A stretch of 64,000 bases of DNA from an uncultured Pelagibacteraceae bacterium (GCA_902601315.1 CACKMS010000004.1:20672-84671), one strand, 5' to 3'; counted from the first letter of the stretch, positions 17,902-28,185 are shown. Notes: generated from the sequence alone by a model not told the origin. Program-made: numbers and translations.

Positions 17902-19935
17902 ATGGATAGTGCGGTTCAAACAATAAATAATCTTACAATTGGATTTACAAGTCAAAAAGGGAAACAGATTTCCATTCTAAAAAATATTTCAACCACTATT
18001 AAAAAAGGTGAGACAGTTGGGATTGTTGGAGAGTCTGGCTCAGGAAAAAGTACTCTAGCTTTAGCTATGATGGGCTATGTAAAACACGGCCTTTATACCA
18101 TTTCTGGAGAGTGCTTATTTCATTCAAACAATCTTTTAGAAATGAAAAATAAAGATCTAGAAAATATAAGGGGTAGAAAAATAGCAATGATCCCACAAAA
18201 TGCGGGTCAATCACTTACTCCTAATCTTAAAATTGGATATCAAATTGATGAGGCTTTAAAATTACATACAGATTTAAAAAAAGAGGAAAGAGATAAAAAA
18301 ATATCCGAATTACTGAATAAAGTTAGATTGCCTTCGCCCGAGATAATGGCACAAAGATATCCACATGAATTATCAGGGGGACAGCAACAAAGGGTAGCTG
18401 TTGCAATGGCTTTAGCAGGTAATCCTGAACTTTTGTTATTAGATGAACCAACAACGGGATTAGATGTAACAACACAGGCACACGTATTAGAATTATTAAA
18501 TTTTATTGCAAAAGATACAGGAACCTCGATGGTTTATGTAAGTCATGATCTTGGAGCAATAGCACAAGTTAGCGATAGAGTAATTGTTATGTATTCTGGT
18601 GAAATTGTTTTAGATGGTCCAGTAAGAAGTATATTAAAAAACCCAATTCATCCTTATACATTTGGATTATTAAAGTCTATTCCAAAACTAACCTCTCCAG
18701 GTTTACCAGACTCTATGTCAGGTAGCCAACCTCAGCCAGGGACAATTAAAACAGGGTGTAGTTTTTATGAGAGATGTAATCTCGCAGAAGATAACTGTAA
18801 AAATAATTCACCAACTTTAGAATACATTGATGATTTAAATACCAGCGTTAGATGTTTTAAATATAAAGAATTAATCAACGTAAAAGAGACAAATCTAGAC
18901 ACTGTAAAATCAATAAACAACGATGTTTTACAAAACGAAATTTTAGATATTTCAAAAGTTTCAATTAGCTATGCTAAACAAAAGTTTATCGATCAGTTGT
19001 TAAACAAAATTGACGATAGCAATCCAACAGTTAAAGATATTAATATTAATATCAATAAAGGAGAAACTCTTGCGCTAGTAGGGGAGTCTGGCAGTGGGAA
19101 ATCAACAATATTAAAATCAATTGCAGGATTACTAAAAACAAAAGATGGAATGATAATGTTTGATAAAGATAAAGTTTTATCAAATGATTTAAAAATGAGA
19201 GATCCAGGTTTTTTAAGAGCAATTCAATTGATATTTCAAAATCCAGATGAATCTTTAAATCCAAATCATACTGTTGAAGAAATAGTATCACAGCCTTTAA
19301 GATTATATTTTGGATTAAAGGGAGATGAACTGAAACAAAAAATTATAGAAGTGCTTGAAAAAGTTAGACTTGGAGAATTTTATTTAACACGATACCCAAG
19401 ACAATTATCAGGAGGTGAAAAACAAAGAGTTGCTGTTGCAAGAGCGTTTGCTGCAAAACCAGATATTATTCTTTGTGATGAAGTAACCTCTGCACTTGAT
19501 GTATCAGTTCAAGCAGCTGTATTAAACTTACTTCAAGAATTAAAAGAGGATTTTGGTACAACTTATATATTTGTATCTCACGATCTAGCAGTTGTAAGAG
19601 CTATTAGTGACAGAGTTGCAGTTCTATATCAAGGAAGATTATGTGAAATTGGTCCTTCAAAAAATGTTTATCAACTACCATCACATCCGTATACTGAAGT
19701 TCTGCTAGGTGCAGTTTTAGAGCCTGACCCGGATGTAAAACCCAAATTAGTTGCCGAAGATATAGTTGAAGAAAAGCCACCTGAAAAAGGCTGTTCTTTT
19801 CAAGGCAGATGTCCTAGAATTCTTGGTGATATTTGTAAAAACGAGGTTCCACCATGGCAAATTGGTGAAAATGGAAACTCAATACGTTGCCATATAAAAG
19901 TAGAGGATTTAAAAAAACAACAAAATATCAATTAG
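17902..19935 (+). CDS. Fused DppD/DppF-type ABC ATPase (two NBDs)
   Basis: Two GESGSGKS motifs, two LSGG signatures, two HPYT and Cys-rich C-terminal motifs. Confidence 0.93.
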   Translation: MDSAVQTINNLTIGFTSQKGKQISILKNISTTIKKGETVGIVGESGSGKSTLALAMMGYVKHGLYTISGECLFHSNNLLEMKNKDLENIRGRKIAMIPQNAGQSLTPNLKIGYQIDEALKLHTDLKKEERDKKISELLNKVRLPSPEIMAQRYPHELSGGQQQRVAVAMALAGNPELLLLDEPTTGLDVTTQAHVLELLNFIAKDTGTSMVYVSHDLGAIAQVSDRVIVMYSGEIVLDGPVRSILKNPIHPYTFGLLKSIPKLTSPGLPDSMSGSQPQPGTIKTGCSFYERCNLAEDNCKNNSPTLEYIDDLNTSVRCFKYKELINVKETNLDTVKSINNDVLQNEILDISKVSISYAKQKFIDQLLNKIDDSNPTVKDINININKGETLALVGESGSGKSTILKSIAGLLKTKDGMIMFDKDKVLSNDLKMRDPGFLRAIQLIFQNPDESLNPNHTVEEIVSQPLRLYFGLKGDELKQKIIEVLEKVRLGEFYLTRYPRQLSGGEKQRVAVARAFAAKPDIILCDEVTSALDVSVQAAVLNLLQELKEDFGTTYIFVSHDLAVVRAISDRVAVLYQGRLCEIGPSKNVYQLPSHPYTEVLLGAVLEPDPDVKPKLVAEDIVEEKPPEKGCSFQGRCPRILGDICKNEVPPWQIGENGNSIRCHIKVEDLKKQQNIN

Positions 19936-19985
19936 GACAATTTTTTTTGTTACACACAAAATTAAATCTTATATAAATTTTTTTT

Positions 19986-22208
19986 ATGAAAATTAATAAT
20001 GTAGTTGTCATTGGCTCAGGAACGATGGGCAGCGGAATAGCAGCGCAACTATGTAATGCAAATATTCCAGTAACTTTATTAGATTTAAAAACAGAGATCA
20101 GTCAAAAAGCCAAAGAGAGAATAGAAAAATCAAGACCCCCACTATTAATTGATAAATCAAAAATAGATGGGATTAAAGTTGGAAATATTAATGATGATTT
20201 TAATATTGTATCAGAGGCTGATTGGATTGTTGAGGCAGTTGTAGAACGTATTGATATTAAACATGATATCTATGACAAAATCTTTAAGCAAAGAAAGAAA
20301 GGCTCTATAGTTTCATCAAATACTTCGTCAATTCCGATAAGCGTTTTATCTGAAAAATTGACAGAGGATGATAAAAAAGATTTTTGTATCACTCACTTCT
20401 TCAATCCTGTTCGATATATGGATTTACTCGAAATTGTAAAAAATGAGAATACCGATTTAGATAAAATTCAAAAACTCAAACTATTTTGCGAAGAAGATTT
20501 AGGAAAAGGAGCCATTGTTTGTAATGATACTCCAGGTTTTTTAGGGAATAGAATTGGCGTTTATGCAATGCAAATTGCAATGACAGAAGCATTTAAAATG
20601 AAGCTTACTATAGAAGAAGCAGATGCAGTTTTTGGTAGACCTATGGGAATACCAAAGACAGGAGTTTTTGGTCTTTATGATTTAATTGGTATTGATCTAA
20701 TGGCAGACGTATTAAAAAGTTTCATCAAAGAGCTTCCAGAAAATGATAACTTTCAAGAAGTAGCTAAAGAAATTCCTTTAATAAGAAAACTAATTGATAC
20801 TGGATATACAGGTCGAAAAGGCAAAGGTGGTTTCTATAGAATGAACAAAGTTGATAATGCAAAAATTCTAGAGGCTATAAATTTAGAAACAGGAGAATAT
20901 TCACCATCACAAAAAATAGATATTAAATCAGAAAAAGTTGATTTATTAAAATTAATTAATAGAGGTGATAAATACGGAGATTATGCATGGTCGGTAATTT
21001 CGAAGATTATTAAATATGCATCTTCTTTAGTTCCAGGAATTACAGATAAGTTTAACGATATAGACGAAGCTATGCGTTTAGGATTCAATTGGTCAAGAGG
21101 TCCTTTTGAAATGTTAAAAGAAATTGGTGTCAGTAACTTTTTTGAAAAATTAGATGGTTTTGAAAACAACAAATTTCTAGAAGAACTTTCAAAATCTAAA
21201 GATGAAAATTTTTATGGAGAAAGACAAAAATATACTGAAATAGAAACTTTAGGAAAAATAAAACCTAAAGCAATAAAGTTAGATGGAAACAATTCTGCAG
21301 AGATTTATAGATTTAATGATTTTAATATAGTTGAGTTCACAACTAAAGCTAACGCATTAGATTACGACTCGATGGATGCATTAAAGAAAGCAACCGATAA
21401 ACCTTTAATTATTATTAATGAAAGTATGCAATTTTCTGCAGGTGTAAATTTAACTTACACAATGAATTTTGCAGAAAAGGGTGATTACAGTTCGATTGAA
21501 AAGTTTGTTAAATACTTCCAAGATACCTGCAAAGAACTTAAATATTCAAAATATCCAGTTGTTTCAGCTCCTTCGGGACTAACATTAGGAGGTGGATTTG
21601 AAGTTCTGGTGCAAAGTAATTTTGTGGCTTCTCATACTAATATTGTTGTTGGACTTGTTGAAACTATGGTTGGTTTAGTTCCAGCAGGGGGAGGATGTAA
21701 AGAAATGTTATGGAGATGGTCGCAAACTGAGGAAGCAAAAAATGATCCAGATTATGCCTCGTTAAAAGTTTTTGATATTATAGGTTACGGTAAAACAGCA
21801 ACATCACCAGTTGAGGCAGAACCTCTTAAATACTTGCTTCCTGAAAATAAAAAAATCATGAGTAGAAATAGTTTATTGAATGTTTCAAGATCTATCTTGG
21901 AGGAGAACAAAGATTTTACCCCACCAGCTGAAGCAACTTTTAAATTAACAGGGAAACCATTAAAGGAAAAAATGTTTAAATTGTTAGAAAAATTATACAA
22001 CGACAAAGTAATTTTAGATCATGGAATGGTTGTTGGTAGTGAGCTTGCAAACGTATTAAGTGGAGGGGACACTACAATTGATAAAACTTTGTCAGAGGAT
22101 GATTTATATAAGCTAGAATTAAATTCCTTTATGAATTTAATTGAAACTCAAAAAACTAAAGACAGAATTAAGCATACACTTTCTAAAGGTAAACCTTTAG
22201 TTAATTAG
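19986..22208 (+). CDS. fadN: 3-hydroxyacyl-CoA dehydrogenase / enoyl-CoA hydratase (FadN type)
   Basis: GSGTMG, EAVVE, SNTSS, HFFNP, PGFLGNR; C-terminal crotonase LGGGFE/GLVE. Confidence 0.9.
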   Translation: MKINNVVVIGSGTMGSGIAAQLCNANIPVTLLDLKTEISQKAKERIEKSRPPLLIDKSKIDGIKVGNINDDFNIVSEADWIVEAVVERIDIKHDIYDKIFKQRKKGSIVSSNTSSIPISVLSEKLTEDDKKDFCITHFFNPVRYMDLLEIVKNENTDLDKIQKLKLFCEEDLGKGAIVCNDTPGFLGNRIGVYAMQIAMTEAFKMKLTIEEADAVFGRPMGIPKTGVFGLYDLIGIDLMADVLKSFIKELPENDNFQEVAKEIPLIRKLIDTGYTGRKGKGGFYRMNKVDNAKILEAINLETGEYSPSQKIDIKSEKVDLLKLINRGDKYGDYAWSVISKIIKYASSLVPGITDKFNDIDEAMRLGFNWSRGPFEMLKEIGVSNFFEKLDGFENNKFLEELSKSKDENFYGERQKYTEIETLGKIKPKAIKLDGNNSAEIYRFNDFNIVEFTTKANALDYDSMDALKKATDKPLIIINESMQFSAGVNLTYTMNFAEKGDYSSIEKFVKYFQDTCKELKYSKYPVVSAPSGLTLGGGFEVLVQSNFVASHTNIVVGLVETMVGLVPAGGGCKEMLWRWSQTEEAKNDPDYASLKVFDIIGYGKTATSPVEAEPLKYLLPENKKIMSRNSLLNVSRSILEENKDFTPPAEATFKLTGKPLKEKMFKLLEKLYNDKVILDHGMVVGSELANVLSGGDTTIDKTLSEDDLYKLELNSFMNLIETQKTKDRIKHTLSKGKPLVN

Positions 22209-22851
22209 CATTTAACATTTTAAAAGAATTAATAAAATCAGGCCTAAGCACGTATATTGCTTTATTGCCTGTTTTTATTTTCTCTAAAATATCTAAACCA
22301 TATATCACTTTACCTAGTGGAGTATACTCACCTTGATAAATAGGTATTTCTTTTAGTGTAATAAAAAACTCACTATCCTCTGTATTAAATTCGGTTGATC
22401 TTGCAAATCCAACACTACCTTCCGTAAACTCAAAATCATCATTCAGTTCCGATTTAAGGATTCCAAGTTTTGATTTACCACTTCCTATTTTTGAATAATC
22501 TAAATATTCTTTTTTTCCATATTCTAAATCTCCTGCCTGCACTAAAGTATTTTCAATAACTTTATAAAAAGCTGATCCATCATATAGGCCTTTGTTAATT
22601 AAAGTTTTAAATCTTTCAACAGAGTTAGGTGAAATTTCAGGATATAATTCAATCACCACATTTCCACACTCAACATTCATAATTGCTATATTTTCAGGAT
22701 CAGGAAAATTTATTTTTTCTAAATTTACTTCTTTAACTGATAGGCATTTATTTTTTAGTAAAAAAAAAAATGTAAAAGCAAAAATTCCAAGACAAATTAA
22801 AAATATAAATAATATTTTTTCTGATAGTGATGCCTTAACTGCTTTGATCAT
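22201..22851 (-). CDS. Membrane-anchored cyclophilin-type PPIase (degenerate active site)
   Basis: N-terminal TM segment, IELYP..SP.SV..F, YDG..F, QAGD, FFIT, GKVI.G. Confidence 0.8.
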   Translation of the reverse strand: MIKAVKASLSEKILFIFLICLGIFAFTFFFLLKNKCLSVKEVNLEKINFPDPENIAIMNVECGNVVIELYPEISPNSVERFKTLINKGLYDGSAFYKVIENTLVQAGDLEYGKKEYLDYSKIGSGKSKLGILKSELNDDFEFTEGSVGFARSTEFNTEDSEFFITLKEIPIYQGEYTPLGKVIYGLDILEKIKTGNKAIYVLRPDFINSFKMLNAN

Positions 22852-23576
22852 AAAATATTGTTATCAATTTTTGATAATCCAGACTTAATTAAATCAACTT
22901 TATTTCTTAAAATATTGTCCTTCTGTGTAATTTCGTTAACTTTAGATTTATTAGTCATTAAAAAAGAAAAAATTTCTGCCATATCCTCAGATGGAATTGA
23001 TTTTGAATATTCAGTTAAAAATCCCTTTGTATTTTCATATAAATCTAAATTAAGTCTATCGGAACAAGTAGAGCATTCAGCATAAGTGAAGTTTGGTTCA
23101 TTTAAATTTGAAAATAATTCTTCATCAAAGTAATTTTGGTGACTGCTTTTGATCATATGAAAAATTTCATGATGGATCATTCTTTCAAAATGCTTTTGAT
23201 TAAAATTTATATCTAATATAAGTGTTCTTTTCTGAGTATCAGGTATTCCGCCAGTATTTATCTCTGAAATAAATAAATCCTCACATAAAACTATATATTT
23301 TAGCTGAATTTTTTTTAGAAAATTTGAATTATATAAACTAAGATTTTTTTCAATAACTGGAAATTTTTTATCTAAATTAATTTTTTTTGTCTTTTTACAA
23401 GTAATGTTGTCATCTACACCAATTTTAAAATCATTATTTGAATTTAAATATCGAATATTATTTTTACTTTTTAATTTAAAAATTTCTAAATTTGGTATCT
23501 TAAGTAAGTTATAAATTTCATCAGCATTTACGTAAGTAATATTTAAACAAAACAACAATAATATTAAAATTCTCAT
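22848..23576 (-). CDS. Secreted putative zinc metallopeptidase (HExxH)
   Basis: Signal peptide, HHEIFH, GFLTEYS....EDMAE, CSTC. Confidence 0.65.
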   Translation of the reverse strand: MRILILLLFCLNITYVNADEIYNLLKIPNLEIFKLKSKNNIRYLNSNNDFKIGVDDNITCKKTKKINLDKKFPVIEKNLSLYNSNFLKKIQLKYIVLCEDLFISEINTGGIPDTQKRTLILDINFNQKHFERMIHHEIFHMIKSSHQNYFDEELFSNLNEPNFTYAECSTCSDRLNLDLYENTKGFLTEYSKSIPSEDMAEIFSFLMTNKSKVNEITQKDNILRNKVDLIKSGLSKIDNNIL

Positions 23577-23629
23577 TAATTAATTATAGACGAATTAGAC
23601 AAGATAATATTATCTTAGATTTTTATAAA

Positions 23630-24589
23630 ATGAAAAAAGAAAGAAATAAAAATCCAGTTCAACCAGTTAGTGGAACAAAAGTTCCAAGGTATGCAGGACC
23701 AAGCACATTTGCAAGATTGCCAGAATTAAGAGATGTTGAAAGTTGTGATGTTGCAATTGTTGGAATTCCGTTTGACAGTGGAACAAGTTATAGGCCTGGT
23801 GCAAGATTTGGACCTCAAAGTATTCGACAAGCCTCAAGACATTTAAGAACTAATTATCATCCAAGTTATGATGTTGAGCCGTTTAAAGTTCAACAAGTTG
23901 CAGATGCAGGGGATATAGCTTGTAACCCATTTAATATTGATGAAGCCATTAAACAAATTGAGGTAGGCGCAACAGATTTATTGAGTAAAGTAGGTGGAAT
24001 TATTAGTCTTGGCGGTGATCATACAATTGCAGTGCCATTATTAAGAGCCGCAAATAAAAAGAATAACGGTCCAGTATCTTTGGTCCATTTTGATGCTCAT
24101 TTAGATACTTGGGATACTTATTTTGGTGCACCCTATACACATGGAACTCCTTTTAGAAGAGCTCGTGAAGAAAATTTATTTCTAGATGATGCCTCTATGC
24201 ATGTTGGTATAAGAGGACCTTTATACAGCAGAGACGACATAAAGAACGATGAAAGTTTTGGATTTAAAATTATTCATTGTGATGAATTTCAAACAGAGGG
24301 AACAGATAAAATTGCAGAAAGAATAAAAAAAAGAGTTGGAGATAATGCTTTGTACTTATCTATTGATATTGATGTTCTTGATCCAGCTTTTGCACCAGGA
24401 ACAGGAACACCTGAAATAGCAGGGATGACCACTAGAGAAATGGTTAATGTCCTAAGAGGATTGTCAGGTTTAAATTTGATCTCGGCAGATGTCGTAGAAG
24501 TTGCGCCTGCATATGATCATGCTGAAGTTACTTCTCTTGCTGCTGCTACAATTGTTTACGAATTAACAAATTTATTTGCAAAATCATAA
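23630..24589 (+). CDS. speB: Agmatinase / ureohydrolase
   Basis: GARFGP, GGDH, DAHLD, HGTPF, SIDIDVLDP, APGTGTP, VEVAP. Confidence 0.9.
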   Translation: MKKERNKNPVQPVSGTKVPRYAGPSTFARLPELRDVESCDVAIVGIPFDSGTSYRPGARFGPQSIRQASRHLRTNYHPSYDVEPFKVQQVADAGDIACNPFNIDEAIKQIEVGATDLLSKVGGIISLGGDHTIAVPLLRAANKKNNGPVSLVHFDAHLDTWDTYFGAPYTHGTPFRRAREENLFLDDASMHVGIRGPLYSRDDIKNDESFGFKIIHCDEFQTEGTDKIAERIKKRVGDNALYLSIDIDVLDPAFAPGTGTPEIAGMTTREMVNVLRGLSGLNLISADVVEVAPAYDHAEVTSLAAATIVYELTNLFAKS

Positions 24590-24609
24590 AGAAAGGATAG
24601 TTTGCGCGC

Positions 24610-26043
24610 ATGATTGAAAAGAAAAATTTTTATATTAATGGTTCGTGGGTTGCACCAAAAAACCCAAAAGATATTCAAGTTATAAATCCTGCAACTGAAA
24701 AAAGTTGTGCAGTTATTTCTTTAGGTGGAAAAGAAGATGTTAATGATGCAGTGTTAGCTGCTAAAGAAGCTTTTAAAACTTGGGGATTTTCATCAAAAGA
24801 AGAAAGGGTTGCTTTATTAGAAAATTTTTACACACTTTATAAAAAAAGATGGAACGATATTACTGATGCAATCATTCAGGAAATGGGAGCACCAAAAGAT
24901 TTTGCGTTAAAACTTCAGACAGGAACTGGCGCTAGTCACACAAAATCATTCATTCGTTATTTAAAAGAATTTGAGTTTGAAAAACCACTAGGAGAACACG
25001 CAAAAAATCAAAGATTGATATATGAACCAAAAGGTGTTTGTGCATTAATTACACCATGGAATTGGCCAATTAACCAAGTTACATTAAAAGTTATTCCAGC
25101 TTTAGCATCTGGATGCACAATGGTTTTAAAACCATCAGAGTTAGCACCCTTATCTGCAATGATTATTGCAGAATTAATAGATGAAGCAAAATTTCCAAAA
25201 GGTGTGTTTAATTTAGTAAATGGTGATGGTGCAACTACTGGTGATGCCTTAACAAGTCATCCAGATGTAAATATGATTTCATTTACAGGCTCAACAAGAG
25301 CAGGAGCTTTAATTTCACAAAATGCAGCAAAAGATTTTAAAAGAGTAAGTTTAGAATTAGGTGGAAAAGGTGCAAACATTATATTTAAAGATGCAGATGC
25401 CGAGGCTATTGAAAGAGGTGCTTTAAGATGTTTTAGAAACTCAGGACAATCTTGTAATGCTCCAACAAGAATGTTGGTTGAAAAACCAATATATGATGAA
25501 GCTGTTGAAAGATTAAGAAAGTATGCAAGTGAATTTAAAGTAGACGATCCAAATAAAGAAGGCGAACACATAGGTCCAGTTATTTCAGAAACACAATTTA
25601 ATAAAATCCAAGGACTTATCCAAAAAGGAATTGAAGAGGGAGCAAAATTAGTCGCTGGTGGACCTGGAAAACCGGATGGATTAAATGATGGTTACTATGT
25701 AAAACCTACAGTATTTGCAGATGTTAATAATGACATGGAAATTGCAAGAACTGAAATTTTTGGTCCAGTTTTATCTGTTATTCCATTTGAAACTGAGGAA
25801 GAAGCTATTCAGATTGCAAATGATACTGATTATGGATTAACAAATTATATTCAAACCCAAGATAACGATAAAGTCCAAAGAGTTGCAAGAAAACTTAGAT
25901 CAGGAATGGTAGATGTTAACGGTGCTGGTATCGCAGTTGATGCTCCATTTGGCGGCTTTAAACATTCTGGTATCGGTCGAGAGGCTGGTAAAGAAGGTTT
26001 ACTTGAATTTTTAGAAGTTAAATCGGTTGGTGGTTGGAACTAA
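24610..26043 (+). CDS. NAD(P)-dependent aldehyde dehydrogenase
   Basis: ITPWNWP, KPSE, FTGS, LELGGK, GQSC, EIFGP. Confidence 0.93.
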   Translation: MIEKKNFYINGSWVAPKNPKDIQVINPATEKSCAVISLGGKEDVNDAVLAAKEAFKTWGFSSKEERVALLENFYTLYKKRWNDITDAIIQEMGAPKDFALKLQTGTGASHTKSFIRYLKEFEFEKPLGEHAKNQRLIYEPKGVCALITPWNWPINQVTLKVIPALASGCTMVLKPSELAPLSAMIIAELIDEAKFPKGVFNLVNGDGATTGDALTSHPDVNMISFTGSTRAGALISQNAAKDFKRVSLELGGKGANIIFKDADAEAIERGALRCFRNSGQSCNAPTRMLVEKPIYDEAVERLRKYASEFKVDDPNKEGEHIGPVISETQFNKIQGLIQKGIEEGAKLVAGGPGKPDGLNDGYYVKPTVFADVNNDMEIARTEIFGPVLSVIPFETEEEAIQIANDTDYGLTNYIQTQDNDKVQRVARKLRSGMVDVNGAGIAVDAPFGGFKHSGIGREAGKEGLLEFLEVKSVGGWN

Positions 26044-27218
26044 TTAATAGATTTATTTTTTACACCTTCTAAAAACTTAAGACACTTTTTTAATTCATTC
26101 AGTTCTATAAATTCATCAATTTTATGTGCTTGTTCAATTGAACCTGGTCCACAAACGACAGTACTAATACCTACCTCTTGAAATAAACCAGCTTCAGTTC
26201 CAAAGGATACAACTTGTCTTGAATTATCTCCTGTAATACTTGATACAAACTCACAAGCATCAGACTGATCTAATCTATCAAACCCAATAACTTCACCAAT
26301 TACCTCTTTTTTAATAAATGAATTTGGAAATACTTTTTTCATTTCAGGTAATAAAATTTCATTAGCATATTTATCAATTTCTTGAGTTACAAAATCTGCA
26401 TCTTTTTTTACAACTGGTCTTGTTTCCCATTCAACACTGCACTTATCTGCAATAACATTGTGAGCTATACCTCCTTTAATCCCTCCAACAGATAAAGTTG
26501 AATGTGGTGGATCAAAGATGCAATCTTTTGGTCCTCTTTGCTTTAAGCTTTCTCTAATTTCTAAAAGTTTATTTACATATCTTGATGCGTATTCAACTGC
26601 ACTTACTCCTAAGTGAGGTTTAGAACTATGACCAGCAAGCCCTCCAAAATGAACTGTATATTCATTCATGCCCTTATGAGCATCGATGATTTTCATATTT
26701 GTGGGTTCACCAATAATACAAATACCATCTTTAATATCTCTCTTTTTTAATTCTTTAATTAATAAAGGCGCACCAATACAAGCAGTCTCTTCATCAAATG
26801 TATAACAAAAATGAATATCTCTATCCAAATCACTGTCTTTAAAAATGGGTGCATAAGCAAGTGTGCATGCAATAAAACCTTTCATATCACACGAACCTCT
26901 TCCATAAAGCTTATCCTCTTTAATAGTTGCAACAAATGGATCGCTGGACCAACCTTTTGAAACTGGAACAACATCAGTATGACCAGAGAGAATTATTGGT
27001 TTTTTGCCGTTTGTTTTTTTTGCTTTTAACGTTCCAAATAAATTTACCCTTTTATTATCATCATCGAACACTTTAAAAGTTGTAGCCCCAATGCCATTTA
27101 GAATTTTTTCACAGTAACTGATTAATTCACTGTTATCTTGACCTGATACAGTTTTAAATCCAATTAGATCAGTTAAAATCTTGATTGATTTTTCGTATAA
27201 ATTGTTTTCTATACTCAT
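26040..27218 (-). CDS. argE: Acetylornithine deacetylase (M20A)
   Basis: SGHTDVV, GRGSCDMKG, DEE, GEPT, HSS, TEAG, AHKIDE. Confidence 0.88.
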   Translation of the reverse strand: MSIENNLYEKSIKILTDLIGFKTVSGQDNSELISYCEKILNGIGATTFKVFDDDNKRVNLFGTLKAKKTNGKKPIILSGHTDVVPVSKGWSSDPFVATIKEDKLYGRGSCDMKGFIACTLAYAPIFKDSDLDRDIHFCYTFDEETACIGAPLLIKELKKRDIKDGICIIGEPTNMKIIDAHKGMNEYTVHFGGLAGHSSKPHLGVSAVEYASRYVNKLLEIRESLKQRGPKDCIFDPPHSTLSVGGIKGGIAHNVIADKCSVEWETRPVVKKDADFVTQEIDKYANEILLPEMKKVFPNSFIKKEVIGEVIGFDRLDQSDACEFVSSITGDNSRQVVSFGTEAGLFQEVGISTVVCGPGSIEQAHKIDEFIELNELKKCLKFLEGVKNKSIN

Positions 27219-27242
27219 ACTTTTAACTTAACATATTTTATA

Positions 27243-27587
27243 ATGATTAAAGAACAAATAACCTACGACATATTTGACAAGGTCGATATTAGAATTGGAA
27301 CAGTTATATCTGTAAAGAAAAATGAAAAAGCTAGAAAACCATCATTAGTGGTTGAGGTTGATTTTGGTAATGAAATCGGCATTAAACAGTCTTCTGCACA
27401 GATAACTCACTATTACAATGAAGAAAATATAAAAGGCAAACAAGTAATTGCGGTTTGTAATTTTCCAGAAAAAAATATAGCTGGAGTAGTTTCGCAAGTT
27501 TTAGTTTTAGGAGCAATTGATGCTGATGGAAAAGTAACTTTAGTTCATCCTTCTCAAAAAGCTGAAAATGGTCTACCGATTGCATAA
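27243..27587 (+). CDS. csaA: CsaA / tRNA-binding OB-fold chaperone
   Basis: DIRIGTV, ARKP, SSAQIT, NFP..IAG..S.VLVLG. Confidence 0.88.
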   Translation: MIKEQITYDIFDKVDIRIGTVISVKKNEKARKPSLVVEVDFGNEIGIKQSSAQITHYYNEENIKGKQVIAVCNFPEKNIAGVVSQVLVLGAIDADGKVTLVHPSQKAENGLPIA

Positions 27588-27592
27588 TAATT

Positions 27593-28183
27593 ATGCATCC
27601 AGAAATATTATCAATAGCTCTTTTTTGGTTTGTTGCCGCCTTTACGCCAGGTCCAAATAACGTAGTTGCATCATATTCTGGATTTAATTTTGGAATTACA
27701 AAAACAATTCCTCTTATCTTAGGTGTTACCCTTGGATTTACTTCATTAATATTTTTTCTAACCATTGGTCTGATAAATGTTTTTAAGATTTTCCCTATTC
27801 TACAAAATATTCTAAAATATCTTGGAACCTTATTTTTGCTATATTTAGCTTATAAGATCTCTTTTTCTAAAAGTTCGAAAGAAGAGGAAAAAAAAAATCC
27901 GGTTACCTTTTTTGATACTTATTTCTTTCAATTTTTAAATCCAAAAGGAGTTTTGTTTGGAATAATTATTGTTTCAACTTATTTAGAGCTTGGAGAAAAC
28001 TATTTAAGTTATGCGATACAAATCGTTTTACTTGCCTTTATTTTCTCAAGTACGAGTATTACATTATGGACATTTATAGGTAAATTTTTAAGGAAATTCG
28101 CGACAAATGATAAATTTATAAATTACTTTAATTATGCTATGTCACTGCTTCTTTTGCTAAGCATTGTAACTATTTATATATAA
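27593..28183 (+). CDS. LysE/RhtB family exporter
   Basis: TPGPNN, YLAYKI, QFLNPK, multiple TM segments. Confidence 0.88.
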   Translation: MHPEILSIALFWFVAAFTPGPNNVVASYSGFNFGITKTIPLILGVTLGFTSLIFFLTIGLINVFKIFPILQNILKYLGTLFLLYLAYKISFSKSSKEEEKKNPVTFFDTYFFQFLNPKGVLFGIIIVSTYLELGENYLSYAIQIVLLAFIFSSTSITLWTFIGKFLRKFATNDKFINYFNYAMSLLLLLSIVTIYI

Positions 28184-28185
28184 AC

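Noticed and set aside
8012-19985. Mobile element call for the cassette
   Set aside because: No integrase, transposase, att repeats or tRNA target seen.
22760-22770. A11 homopolymer (and other A/T tracts) as phase-variation sites
   Set aside because: Frames are intact, and such tracts are common Phe/Lys codon runs in an AT-rich genome.
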